Of a stretch of 64,000 bases of DNA, positions 37,224 through 50,700 are shown piece after piece. Within the stretch, counting starts at the first letter, position 1. Each line of letters begins with the position of its first letter. The notes below the pieces were generated by a model. It worked only from the letters and a program-made list of their open reading frames with translations. It made no database searches and had not been told where the DNA came from. A program made the translations under genes and the position numbers. Source of the stretch: Phallusia mammillata (taxonomy: Eukaryota); assembly GCA_965637545.1 (NCBI GenBank), contig OZ281497.1, positions 10,602,001 to 10,666,000 on the forward strand, given 5' to 3'.

Positions 37224-40200
37224 TTAAAGTATGGTAAATTTAGATTGCGTTATTCTGAAATTGGCAGACATGTCGTTGACTGTGGTTTTTGTGTGTTTTC
37301 TCGACTAAAGTTTAAACTTTCCGTTAAAAAACGGTACGTTGATTGCGTTTAATACTTTGGGCCGCATGATTTTATCCCCGGTTAAAAATCTTCAACGAGT
37401 GTTTGTTAAATTTTATTTTCTACTCGTTATTAAATCACTGAGATAGTTCGATATCCTTAGTTTAAAATCATATGCAAAGTTTGAGCGTATAACAAACCAC
37501 AACAAAATACTGGTTCGGACATTTCATTCCTATTCGTCGAATCAAACAACTAAAATAGTTAATTTGGTCAAGTTCGAAGACAGTATTCGTTCGAAACGCT
37601 TATGAGTCAGCAACTGTGGTTGGCCGATAATTCACAATATCATGGGATTAAATCCCACCGCATGACAGTTTCTTAGTTCATGTATTTCCACAGCGAAATG
37701 CTTGTAAAACCAATTTGTTTCGAAAAAAACACTTGCCTCAGATCTGGCGTATAACAATTTACACATATGCGTGTTGTTAATGTTGGTCAGCAAGAACGCT
37801 TAAAAACAGATCAACATAATAACTGATTTACTTTTTCAATTGTAAACCAAATAAACGAAGCAACTTATTATGTGCATAAAACTAATTTTGGAAGTCAACC
37901 CTACCTGGCCCTTACCACACACTATCATCCATATCGAACCCGTCATAGATCTTGCATCGATTACACAGCGCTCTTCTTGGTTCTTGCTATGTCACATTGC
38001 AAGTGGAGTTGACTTTCTCCCGGGAAGCGAGCCAAGCGCTAAACGTCAATAGCGGTTTGCGGCAGACTGATGTATTAACCAGGAATAAGATAAGTGAGCA
38101 GAGTTACCTCATGATTTTATTTCCGAACCCTGTGTTTCTTGTTAATTTTATACCCTCGTCTACTGGTTCACAAAGCGGAACAACAATGAGAGTCCTATCT
38201 TTTTTTGTGTGTGTGCAGTACAGAGTTCAATACGTGATTCAGTCTTGCAGGTTGCGCGCCGAACTTGTGACGTCATAATACCGGCTCTTGTTTTCGACTT
38301 GGTGCGGTCTTGATCGCTGATAAAAAAAGATGCTGCTATACTATGCCTCCTCACTCCACAAGTCGCCTACCACAGGCCGTGCAGTCGCATCTCCAAAGGT
38401 CAATTCACAAAACTTGTTCATGATGTTTTTGTATGAATCACGAAGCTTCCGATTCGGTAACCATATAAAAACCGTAGCATTGTAACATGCTGTTTTGAAT
38501 GTACGTCATAGTTTATTGAAGCAACAAAGATTGATGGAATGGGACATGCTGGCACCAACGTGGTGGCAAAATAAATAGTGTGTAAATCACGGATATTAAG
38601 AAACTTGGAAAAAATCGATTTAATTTGTCATCGTACAGTTTACGAATTTTTCTGTGACAGAGTTGTCAAACCGCGCATTACGAAAATGGATTCATGTGTT
38701 TTTTCCAAGGAATTACGCACCTTAAAATAACGCATCATAATCCGACATATGTAGTATGCGAATGTACTTTTAGATCTTCAAATGTCATGAAGTGTGATTG
38801 CGGTTACAATTTCTCCTGTTTCATTCGACTTTGATCGTGAACTTCGTGCACTGGCTACAAGTGACGAACTTCTACACCCAAATCATTGTACAAAATATGG
38901 ACCAAAAACACGATATTCTGCATGTCAATTGGAATTTAGAATAACGCCGCTAAGTTTCTTTTTGTTAACACGTTCGTCTTTTTGCTTTCACCGACACGTT
39001 AGACAAACTTTGCGACATGCAGCGAATTCTGTTGTTAACGGTTAATTCCAATGATACCTAGCTTTTAAGTTTTTTTTCCCCAATAGAATACTTCAATATT
39101 TGTCGTAAACAATGTGTCGTTAATTCATCTGTTGATTGCTCATAAACGTGTTATTTGGCAAACTGTTTTGTCATCGACGTGTTGGTTTAATCAATAACCA
39201 ACTTTAGTGCGTCATCAACATTTTTTCATTTGTTTCTTCGAAATGAATTAGATCTAATAGATAACTTGTCTAAATGAAATTTGACCTTTCGGAGCGTTGT
39301 GTTTTTTATTGTAACTTCATGAGCAGAAAACCAACACGTCACTCGTTTGTCGTTGAACAGTGACGTAAACGCGTCATGCTTTATCAATAGAAATCGTTAC
39401 AGTGCATTTTTTGTGCCACGCACTGATTTTGTGTATTTATTATGGCGATGCAGACTTTGTATAAACCGTGGTCTGCGGTTTTAAGTGTAATGTGTTCTTT
39501 ACTCCATTAAAACCATGTTAGCCGACCCATGATACACACCATCCTTGTTGATGCTGCAACCATCGACCTTAATGATAAGGGCGATGGGCTGTTATAGGCG
39601 CCTTGATTGTTTTTTGTACATTACCAACTTTAACCTTCGTCACTGAAAAGTCAATCAGTGTGTTATTGTGCACGGATTAAGCCTTTTAATTCGGAGTTTG
39701 CAAACTCTTTTAGTGCAAGTGTGGCGGTGTAATAAAAATGGATTATGCAAAAACATTAAAAGGCATGGAAGGTCAAACTTTAATTATATTTGAGCTTGAA
39801 GAATCAAAGCACAATTTTTCATGTAGTTGTATAAAGCGCAGTCAAAACTGCCAATCGATGGTTTGAAAACCGCGTGCGAAATAGTGTAAAAACAATAACA
39901 GTTTGATGTTTTCCGCGCATAGCCAAGTTGCGAGTGACGTCACAAGTGGTATAAAGTGGTGGGTTGCGTCGCATAAAATCGCTGTGTCATTTTTAGAAAC
40001 TTGTTATATTCGACCCATTAAAACAACCAGTATGCCACAATGTGATTCAATGACGTTGCCAGCATCATATTTATCTCGATTTAGCCTATCGAGTTTACTT
40101 TCTTTTATATTCCGATGGGAAATTATACATTTTGCTTCAAACCTGCTACCGATGCTTTGTTAAAATACAAAAGTACAGGATACAATCAAGCCACGCTTTG

Positions 40201-40622
40201 TTTACACACAAATTTGAATAATTCAGTATAATCGAGTGTCAAAACAAGCAGACAATGAGTATGTATTCGATTAGTCTTTTGACACATACACATAACTTTT
40301 GCTGCAATCCGACCACAGTGAAAGCTGAAAACACCATGTTGTAATCGTTTCATGAATGACGGCGCGCTATTATCTGTTTGTTGTCAAGCGTCTTGTTTCG
40401 CACAACTTATGAAAAGACGATCTGCCCAAGCGCCATTAGCATCAAGTTTAGCAGAAAAAAACGTCCACCAAAAGAGGCTAAGCTCTTTTCTTGCAGACGA
40501 TTTATAGCAGAGAGTGTGTGAATGCTTGGACCACCGTGGAAGATACAAGTTTGCCCACGCGATTTTGTGAATGGGTCGTTGTGTTGTTTCTCACCGAGCC
40601 GTATGTTTATCTTCACCTAGTC

Positions 40623-40797
40623 CAGTGGTTCTTAACCTTTTCGGTTTGGTTTCCCACTAAAGTAAATCACCAAGTTCGAATTTCCCCCTCTGTTATTCTT
40701 ATAATGATGTTTTGTGCCCAACATTAACAAAAAATATTCTTTAATCGAAAAATTTCCCTCTGAAAACATTAAATTTCCCACCGGTTAAGAACCACTG
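40623..40797. mobile_element. Short (175 bp) hAT MITE
   Basis: TIR cagtggttcttaacc / ggttaagaaccactg; perfect 8-bp TSD acctagtc (40615-40622, 40798-40805). Confidence 0.95.
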
Positions 40798-43700
40798 ACC
40801 TAGTCTATAGCCTGCTGTTGAAATATACATTGTGGTACGAACTCAAATGTCAAACCGTTTTTAAGAATTAGAAGCACTATAGTGTACTTAAACTTCAAAA
40901 ATAGTGGTGGTTCGGATGAGTTCGTGTCAAGCAAATATCAAAAACATAAAGTTTAATATATTATGAGAATGATATGCACGTGTGGATTAAAACAAAGCGT
41001 TCTGTGCTTTCCGGACCTATACAAAATGCAAATTTGTTTAATGTATTTTGTTTAAACAACATGATAATATTTGGGGGGAAATCGGAATTTTATGTAACAG
41101 GCTGTTTATGGAAAGCTGTATTATGGGGGCTGCATTTTTTCTTGAATCTCTAGTTGTAAATCGTAGAACGTAAATGTTGTACCTTTCATATAATATTTTA
41201 CAAGCACTTTGCCGTTGGATGCTGCCCAATTTGCTGGTGCCAAGCAAACTTCTTTGCAACTTGGAAACAGTGCGCTTCCATGCTTTGCATTTCCATTAAG
41301 TGCGTTTTGCAAAGAGCTGTAGTCCAACAAAAACGAGAGAAAAAAGAAAAAATATCGATTGTTTGGTCACGTCGGGTGCACCTGACCATGATTGTTGTCG
41401 TCGTCGAGGATGTTTGTTTCACACCTGTATCATTTCACGTTGCTTACTTCCGCCTCAACAAGGACCCATATCCCACGAGAGTCACCTGCCTGGCACCGAA
41501 CCGCCGTTCGACTTTCCCATTCCATAGCGCAGCTGCCTGGAATGCCTTTAAGTCATGGGAGACTGAAAGGTGATATTCCAACCCCTCCCGAACACTTTTG
41601 ATGACGTCATGCCGCTGTGACGCGACCGAGATGAAGTGGACATTTGGAATTTCTTGCGGTTTGCAATATGACGTTATACAGCAGGCGGGTTTCGTATTTC
41701 AAGCTTCTCGTTTTGTGCAAATCGTCGCAGTCCCAGCACTGAGGCGCGTAATTGGAATCGCGTGGCGCATTTTGTTTGCTATGTCTTCTTGAAATATCTG
41801 AGCGGGGAGTAAACAACTTTTAACAAAACCCTCCAACTCTATGCGAATTTTCAGACCATCGCATAAAGCAGATTTTATACATTTGAAATTGCTTGTGGAA
41901 CATTGTTGCGCAAAACGACTTTTGTGTTTCCTAACAACATACATAAATTACATCACATGTCATGTCTAGACATTACGTTTAAGTACAAACTTGACCTTGA
42001 ACAGTTAAGGAAATCATGCAACGGACCTCTTATGACAATACATTACATTAGGAGTGTTTGCATCAAGCATATAAAATAACGACGTTTTTCTTGCTGATCA
42101 AACTGATATCAGCCTACACAAATGGATTGCCCAAATTTTGTGGTCGACTCTGTTGCCATCACAATTACCTTGCCTTTGTTTTCGCACCAACCACAGTCCA
42201 TTAAGATAAGCCACACCGACCCTTGACTATCCCGGCCCGTTTGGCTCTCAGGTGTTTTCAACCTTCCGCAGGGCGACTCTTGTTTTGCCTGAGGGCTACA
42301 CTTTGGGATATCCGGGCCAATTCTTCGCGAACAATTGGCTCCTCGGCGGTCGGTGCCTATTTTGTGGTTGGTTTCATGTGGCGAATCCAGATACGATTGC
42401 TGTCATTTGATAAAAGTTAAAGCGGGCAACAGCAAGCAAGTCTCATTTTAGGAGTGGGACAGGAGAGTTTGTATTGGCTACAAATGCTTTGTGGTGGTGT
42501 TTTGAAGGAAGAGCTTTTAGACTCTCTGTTTGTTTGTTTATAATTCGGATTGGTTTCGCAAGTTTTCAGGCTGTAGATTTTTTATAGCATGGTGGTTTTA
42601 AATGAACTCTTCTGGATCCATTTTATTAATATGATATGATTAAATTTAATGTTGGACAAAATTGCATAATTACGTGCCAGGGAGCATTAATGTACATGTT
42701 ATATGTTCGTATTTATGACATATTAGATTCGTATTTATGACACTTAAGCATTTTTGGTTAGGAAATAGCGAACATACCGTGCGCGGTTTATACCGGTCAT
42801 GTGCGGATATTTCCTCTTAATTCTTAAGTATAGTATATTGGACGTTTGGCGCCGACTTAGCCTATAATTTTGGTTTGTAGAAACATGCTATATTGGTATT
42901 AGCCGAATGTCATCCATAATTTTATTCCTCCGGCCGAGTTTAATTGTTCATATCCGCTTCATAGGCATTTGCGTGTATATTAACGGCTTTGGTTACACGA
43001 TCGTGGTTGTTCGAGAAGAAAACGCAGGCTGATGAGGTTCGGCCAATAGCAGCAACTTGTCGGTTTGCATTTAGACAGGATTAAAATGGATTGCAAGTAG
43101 AGGTGATTTGCCCGCAAAAGCATGAGTTATGTATTTTACAAATACGGATTCAAACAATAGTAGTAGATTTGTGTAGGTTTGTCATGTATGCGGAATCATA
43201 GCAGAATCCTAAAGTTTACTGAACCAGCTCAAAACCGTCTAAATCTGAAACTTTTGCGTTCGATCAGTGACGGAAACGTTGTGTTAACAGCCTGATTTGG
43301 TGAGAAAGATGCATCCGGCAGAAACGATCCAGTTACTTCAAGACAGGATGTTTCTTCTCCTTTACTAAGGAATTTCACTGATGCGTGACGTGTGTCATCC
43401 GGACGGTATGGTTCCACTTCACTAAGTTTTATCTTGTTTGTTACATTACACTGTTTTTGCAGTTAATTAACTAACAGCAGACCTAACCAGTTTCAAGTGC
43501 TACAGGGTATATTGATTACAACTAAAGCACTTTGGCATTGGTAACAACATAAATTGTTTTGAAACATCGATTCATGACTTATATTTAACCAAGAAAGCAA
43601 AAGTTACGATTTGACCTTAACTTGCAAGTATTTGTATCGTGAGACCCATTTATGTTAATATTGACTGTTCGCAGAACCATACGCCGGCAAGCCTTGTAAA

Positions 43701-46439
43701 GTTAGCCGCAAATATGATTACATTGGGGCATGTATAAGTTTATTTGACACTATAAACACAACATCTATTTCAGTTAATTAATTTGTTATTTATTTTCCTT
43801 CGCCCATACTTGTGGTAACGTAACTAGTTTATGTAACGTTGGGCTATTGATTGTGATCTCTGCTAGCCGAACTTAACTTTGCTATCGTTTACGGTCGTTC
43901 GCCAAACGCCGAGGTTAAACTGGTAACAGGTTACAGTGCGCACTATATTTAGACATTTACGCAATGCAGATCTGTAGAAAATGGAGGCTTCCGCGTTTCG
44001 AGTTTCGTTAAACAGCTGGCCTATAGTCCTTGGTTTCACAATACCAGAAACTAAGATCTGCTCTTGTTATGGTGCCTGTTAAGGATTTTTACCTTGCGGA
44101 CTGCAACTTTAGGTGTGATGAAAAAAGATCGTTATTTTTATAACACTATTATACGCTCAGTCCATAACATACTTTTTTACGAAGAAACAAAGACTTTGCT
44201 TATTGCTCCCGATATATACAAGTACGGGTATGGTACAAAATAAATCTATATTCCTAACGTTTTTAAAATAAATAAACTGAATTTACGTAACCTCAAAGCT
44301 AAAAAATAAAGTAACAAGGAACACATTACCATCAACGTTTTTAACATTTGGTAATGATCTTGCGTCTAAAAATACTGCAGCATGCAACGTGACTAAGGCT
44401 ACGTGCACAAGATGTTGTCGCTTATTGTGCATGATGTTTGATCACTATCCACTCGGTTGTAATCGCAAATGGGGTATTTAGTAAACATGTATGTCTGTCT
44501 TCGTATCTGGACGTGTAGTGCTTAAACACGTTTTTTCACATTTTGTGCTTATTGAAACTTTTACACAGAACGGTGCTTTTCAATCTTTTTGGCTTTTTGG
44601 ATGTTCAAACACACGAAAAGAAAATATAAACTCAGTGTCTTTATTTTATTATTTAATTCATTTAAACACTTTGTTAGCGTTTCAGTTTAAGTGGGAAGTA
44701 ATATTTCAAAATATGTGTTTTGCGAAAGGCAATGCCGTTCGTAATAAGAATTCCCGCAGAACGCTGCAATAACCCATTAGGCATACACCTTACAGCGGTA
44801 AACTGTTGGCAGAAATAAGAATTATATGTTAACAACTTTGATACGACTATGAGAAAGGTGGTTATAAAAATGATGACCAAGCAAAACCGTCTCAGCACCC
44901 AAACAATAGAAACATTCCAGAGTTTTTGTTCCCCATAATACCCGGTGTAGAGTAATCAGGACATTGTTGCCGTCATAGGGTGCTTACCACCTGTCAGATC
45001 TACAAGGTAAGGTCAGCCGTGTATGCGTTGCGCTGACCAATTTAGATGAAGAACAATAATCCGTTTAGCTAGAAAATCGGGACCTATTCATCGCTTGAAT
45101 AAACTTTGAGCGTTTAGGGTCCACGTGCGTAAAGCGAATGAGAAATGTTTTTACAAGAGTCTTGTCGTTGTTTTTCGTCCCCGGCCCCAGAAAAACACGG
45201 GCTCTCCCTGACTGGGCAGGTTTCCCTGACTAAATTGCGTGGAATTGACTGTGCAAATTACTCGTAGGAAAGTTTTGAGTGTATTTTTATCCTTTGCTTT
45301 CTTTAGTTTTTTCAGCACGCAAACCATAACCTTCAAGGGACCTATTTATTTTCGAACCATCGCTTGAACAGTAATGGCGATCACACGTACATTGTGCCAA
45401 GCAAAACACCGAGCAAACGTCCATAACCTACCCGTTTTGTCTCAAGTAGCAAGAATGTGGGTTTTTGGGGCTAGTTTAAAGGCTTTAGATTGTGTTTACC
45501 AATTCACGCACAAAATAGATTTCGTCTCTCTTCCTAGTAAACCAGTGATCAAACGATTGCTAAAAGAATCAGAATTTCATGCAAAACAATTCGATGATCG
45601 TCGTTGTAATCTTGTTTGTGTCGTCTCAAAGTGTCAGATGCGTCACTATAAGGTCGGGTTTTCACGTGTTGTAGCGCAAATTTTTTATGCTCTGTTGGAA
45701 CTAGGCTTTTCTCACCTCTCGGTTTGCCTGCTACACAACACATGCATGACATGTCATAATGAGGCAATGTGGCAATTTTTTGATTATCGACACCCCTGTG
45801 ACGCCATATATGCGCTACGTCACGCAAACGTTTATCTAATGGGTTGTTTTTCAAAAATGTCTAAAAAGGCAACTCATCGACAAAGGTGAATTGAAGTTGT
45901 AACGCAAAGAAACGTCACAACATCACGTGATGTTTTTGACTGCGCGGCTCGCCGAGAGAACGATAAGATGCAATCGATCAGGCGGCAATTTATGGGACCG
46001 TTGCACAAAATCACCCGGCGTCCCTTCTTTGGTGATCATTGTGGAGAAGCGAACCTGCGTTGTTATAGCAATGTGATTGTCGATAAGATGTCTTTATCAG
46101 TTGTCACTATAAACTCTGACCCAATGCAAACGTGTGAATGGTTGTTTTCAGCATGGTACTTCCAACATTTTGTGTTTTTTAATTAAGATTCAGTTCTAAG
46201 ACACTATTGGTGGATAAGGTTTATGGTAAACTAAAATACGTGTTATTTCTACTCCCAAAGAAAACTTTTTTGTTTTGTATTTTTCTCCACTATACAATGT
46301 TTTGTTTCGGCCTTGCACGATTTTGTCCAATTTACTAAAGTGATTGATGTAGGTTTGACCCACGTGTGTGAAACTTGAAAGGAGATGAGTAACATAGGCA
46401 TTTTGAAATCCACTCGAGCATTCAAATTCAGCTACGCCA

Positions 46440-47745
46440 AGGCACGATTCAAGCTGAAACTATGGGATGACTACGATGAACTAATTAAGTAAGATGTATT
46501 GGTTGGAGATTTCCGAGTTTGATTTTATTTGCTCAAGTGATCCCTACGGTCAGAATAGTTAAAAATAATTGGGTACTATTTTATGTGGTCATCAAGTAGA
46601 TGAATCCAAACGGCGTCAGTTCCAAAACATAAAAATAGTTAACAAGTTCCGAAAGTATGATAGTGCAGTCTGACCTTTAAGACTTTCTCATTCCCAAGAA
46701 TAAAAAAATTGATGTAATCCTTTCTTTCAGAGTTGCACGCGGGCCCGAAATTTGGGCCCGAACCCGTCCCGAACCCGGCCCGAACCCGAAAGTATAAGCC
46801 CGAAGCCCGGGCCGAAGCCGAAACGTTTTTGCAAAGCCCGTTTAGGCCCGAAATTTTGATTGGCAGGCCTATCCACGACAAAGGATGAGAAAGAAAAAAG
46901 AGAAAGACAACAAACACAATGAACAATAGTAGACAATGGGGTAAACAATACGTTTTAGAGGAGGGTGGGCATTAGGTCAAAGCCAGAGAATTGTTACTTA
47001 GCTGAGTGATTATATTTAAAAAACAATGGCGGACATGGAACGTAAAGTCAGGCCCGTTTTAAGCCCGTTTTCTCACAAATACCTAAGCCCGAACCCGGCC
47101 CGAACCCGGCCCGAACCCGGCCCGAACCCGAACCCTGCCCGAAAAGCCCGGCCCGACTTGCAACTCTGCTTTCTTTCCTATACAATCCAAGCGTTGTGAA
47201 ATTCAAAAAAAAAATGATTCGCTGTTCATTCTACGGTTGCGATTTTCTCTCGAACTTGAATCACTTTCTGCATCCGAAACTCCGCGTTCCAGCTGGGATA
47301 TTGTCCACAGCTTTGTAGTGACGCAATTCGGTGGCAAAAGAATAGCATTTCAAGGGAATTTCGTTTCATATGGGCCCATTTCTCTTACGATTTCCTGAAT
47401 GGCACCTTTTCCTTCATACGATTTGGATTGACATTTCACTTGGAAGTCAAATGAACGTGATATGGACTTTATTACTTTTGTGTTGTCCTCTGACATGTGC
47501 TTCATGTAGAAAAATATGTTTCCCATTGCACTGGTTCCGCATATTGCGTTTTTAGCAGCGCCCAGATTGCAACTTCTCACAATGTTGGTATCAAAGAGTG
47601 ATTGTATTGACCAATATAGGAAATTCCGATGACACGGTGCAATGCTCATCTGAGCAGTATCTTCCGCTTCTGGGAACCTATTTTGCCACCAAAATAACTG
47701 CGCCTGTCGGCCAAACGGCCAGCTTGCGCGAGTTCTTGGATACAC
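46440..47745 (-). pseudogene. Possible decayed ZP (zona pellucida) domain gene interrupted by the hAT MITE
   Basis: Minus-strand fragments in ZP order: YCSDEHCTVS; NAICGTSAMGNIFFY...ISRSFDFQVKCQ (ZP-N-like CGT...ISR...F..C); after the MITE, LCFGTDA...YPIIFN..D and HSFSL (ZP-C-like). Stops and frameshifts present; no obvious introns. Confidence 0.4.
46728..47168. mobile_element. Non-autonomous hAT MITE with cccgaacccgg subterminal arrays
   Basis: TIR cagagttgca / tgcaactctg; perfect 8-bp TSD ctttcttt (46720-46727, 47169-47176). Confidence 0.95.
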
Positions 47746-50700
47746 CCCATGTCTTGCGACTTAACATCATGGGAGCGTAAACGTTTGGGAACTCTTTGAC
47801 GCAGAACAAAATGTAACGTCCCTACGTCACCCCGGTTCCAATTTGTGGTGTTGTTACGTATTTTCCCATGGCGATCTACTCCATACGGATGTTGCATATT
47901 GCAGCCATTGATGGAAAGATAGGGGCAACCTTCAGAAGAAGTGAATCATTTCTGTGAAACGGGTTGTTGATTGACTACAAGGTTTTTTGTTATTTTTGAA
48001 ACCTGGAATGTTTGCGCTTGAGAAATTGAGTGTTACGAAGTGTTTTTGTCACTCACGCGTTCAGTTTCTCTTGACCAAGTCTGAATATTGACATAGTAAA
48101 CTAATCAAGGGTTGTGTTTTGCCTAAAACATGGTTGTTGTTGCAGTTTTTAATTTTTTAGTCTTTTATAACTTCGCGAATAAAGTCGCCCACAGGAATCT
48201 GTTGTGACGTGGAAAACCCATCCACATCATCATTGGTTCATAAATTTCTTAGTTAGTATCCTTATACAGAACGAGCAACGCCATAAAAGTCAAATATCTG
48301 TGCTCTTTACGCGTTCACCACTGCGCCACAACTTGCTTTTGTCGTCATGGCAATTGTTATCTGCGAGCTAACCAAGTTATCGGGTGCACCTAAATTGTGA
48401 TAGACAGCTTAGCCACGCAAAGTGTTTGTGCACATATACAAGCCGATCAGCGCGGGAAGCTGCGGTGCATACCTTGTGCGGTTTATTGCTAATATGGCGA
48501 TGCAACAGGAAACTAAGTCAAACCGACAACTCATTGAGAAATTGCTCTTGCGTGAGATACGCATACTCGTTAAATATCATATTCGAGAATAACCGGCCAA
48601 CCTTCTAATGTGTTTATTTTGCCGTCACAACATCATGCACAAATTTGTCGTTTGTGTTGTAGCACGAACATTTAATCACCCACAAAAAGATATACCAAAC
48701 GTTTAATAGCTGCAGAACAAAACTGTTTGCCTAATTGTGGGAACATGTTTACCGAGTGAAATACATTGGCGCTTATGGCACATGCACAAGTAATGCACGA
48801 ACTGTTGCCCTCTGAAAGGTAAACAAATATAATCCAATCTTGCACGTCAATCCCACCGTCTGGAATTTATGTACCAAGTTCACCTCTTCTTTTTACCAGA
48901 AGTTACAAGAATTCCGCCAGCTGTTGCTGTTTATTGCAATGGATTACGAACTGCGATCCACCCGGATAATAGTGATTTTTGTCTAATGATTTGCTGCGGT
49001 TGACGTAAGGCGTCGACTGGCGTTCGTATAAAGTCAACTTACAGCCACAGAATTTAAAAGGTGGTTTGTGCCTCTGTTTTGCAAACTTTGCGCTGTAAGG
49101 TCGGCGACGTGCAAATTGCGTAAGTTCGTTTCGTGGAAGGCATGTCTCGTAACTTTCCGTAGCTCAGCAATTGAACAAACAACGTTTTTTCTGATTTTTA
49201 CCGTTGAATGTTTTTGTAGCATTGTCGTATACCGCCTAGTTTCTCGCGTTCAGAAAAAATATTTTTGGAACAAACGCTTTAGACAGGGTGCATTTACATT
49301 ATCTGATGCAATTTGTTATTATCCAACAAAGAGCGTTAAGCCAATCGTACATCCAACTTTAACCTTCTAAAAGATGGTAAACTATAGAGTTTTTTTGGAC
49401 ATGCAAACCAGAAGCCCAAGAACCCTGTGTTCAGGTTTAATGGATGTATTCAATACCTTAAACGGTAAAACCGGAAAAGATGACGGTCGCAGTAGTGACG
49501 TTGTTATAAGATCCCCGATCCTTCCGCTCCGGGGAGCGGGAAATGATATCCGTTATTATGGATATTGAAGCACATTTAGTCAATCAAAATACAATCATGG
49601 TGGTGACTATACGTCGCCCTGATCATCAACTTAACCATGAAGTTGTTCTTATTTTGCACACAACTTGTTAGGGCTGGGGCCCCCAGATAGCAAAGAATTG
49701 CCAATTTCAAATTGGCGTTTGGCTGACAAAACACTTTTACCTAGCAATACACTCAATTTGGCAGATTGTAAGATCAACAAAGAATCTTGTTTTTCCGCAA
49801 CAGTCACGTGTCGACTAAAATTAGACAGGCACGAGCGTTCCAGTAAACAAACTCAACTTTGCCGTGTTCCTGTCAACCAGTGCCGGGACCTGAAGTGTCG
49901 TGTTTCATATTTTCTCTAGGCGACCCATTGAACTGCTTCATAATCGCACCTCATTGACCGAGCCTGGGTGACGCGTGATTGACGTCATACACTGGTGGAT
50001 ACACATCAACAACGGTAACGTTCGCATGAATGGGTTGCCCGCGCCTGGCGATGAGAGTTTTCTCGTCGGCTTCTGTCACCAACTAGTTTTCGTTTAATTG
50101 GTTACACATTTTTATCGAAGGTATATTTTTGTAAATAAGAATGCGGTGGATTTAAGAGAGAATGACGTAGGGCGCGGTATGCCTAAAAAGCTTGGAAGCT
50201 CCATGAAATTGGATTCCCCTCCCGGCGAATGTAACTGCCGTTATTACAAAATACAGTACTACAGGTTCTAATCTCAACTTGTTTTGATCATTACACAGCG
50301 TTTAACGCGTCGCGCCCCTGCCCGTTCCAGAAAACGCGATTCACAAATATCAATAAAGCAACCACAAGCTGCGCCATTGTCCTTTTGTAAACCGATTGGA
50401 TTCAACGACGAGTCGGTGGTACCAAGACGTAGCGATTGGATAATACCGTCTTGTAGTTAATTGTCTGTTTATGTATAGATAGCTTTCCGGTGCTGAGCCG
50501 AAGTGCCGGCGCAGTGGTTAGATCTAATGTTGTGGAAAATGATTTGCCGATTTGGTTGAGTTTCCTTAATTTGGGCAAACAGTCGATCTTGTATAGTCGC
50601 CCCACACACCGTATTAACCGCGCGCGTGGCAAATTTGAGCTTTATTAGGCGCACGTGTCTTGGCAATGCAAAGGTTGCGGTATTCACTTATCACGCGCGA

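Noticed and set aside
41300-41527. ORF with IDC...CCRRRGCLF...C, reminiscent of a trefoil (P-type) domain
   Set aside because: Cysteine spacing is off, there is no ATG, signal peptide or splice context, and the region is better explained as a base-paired island.
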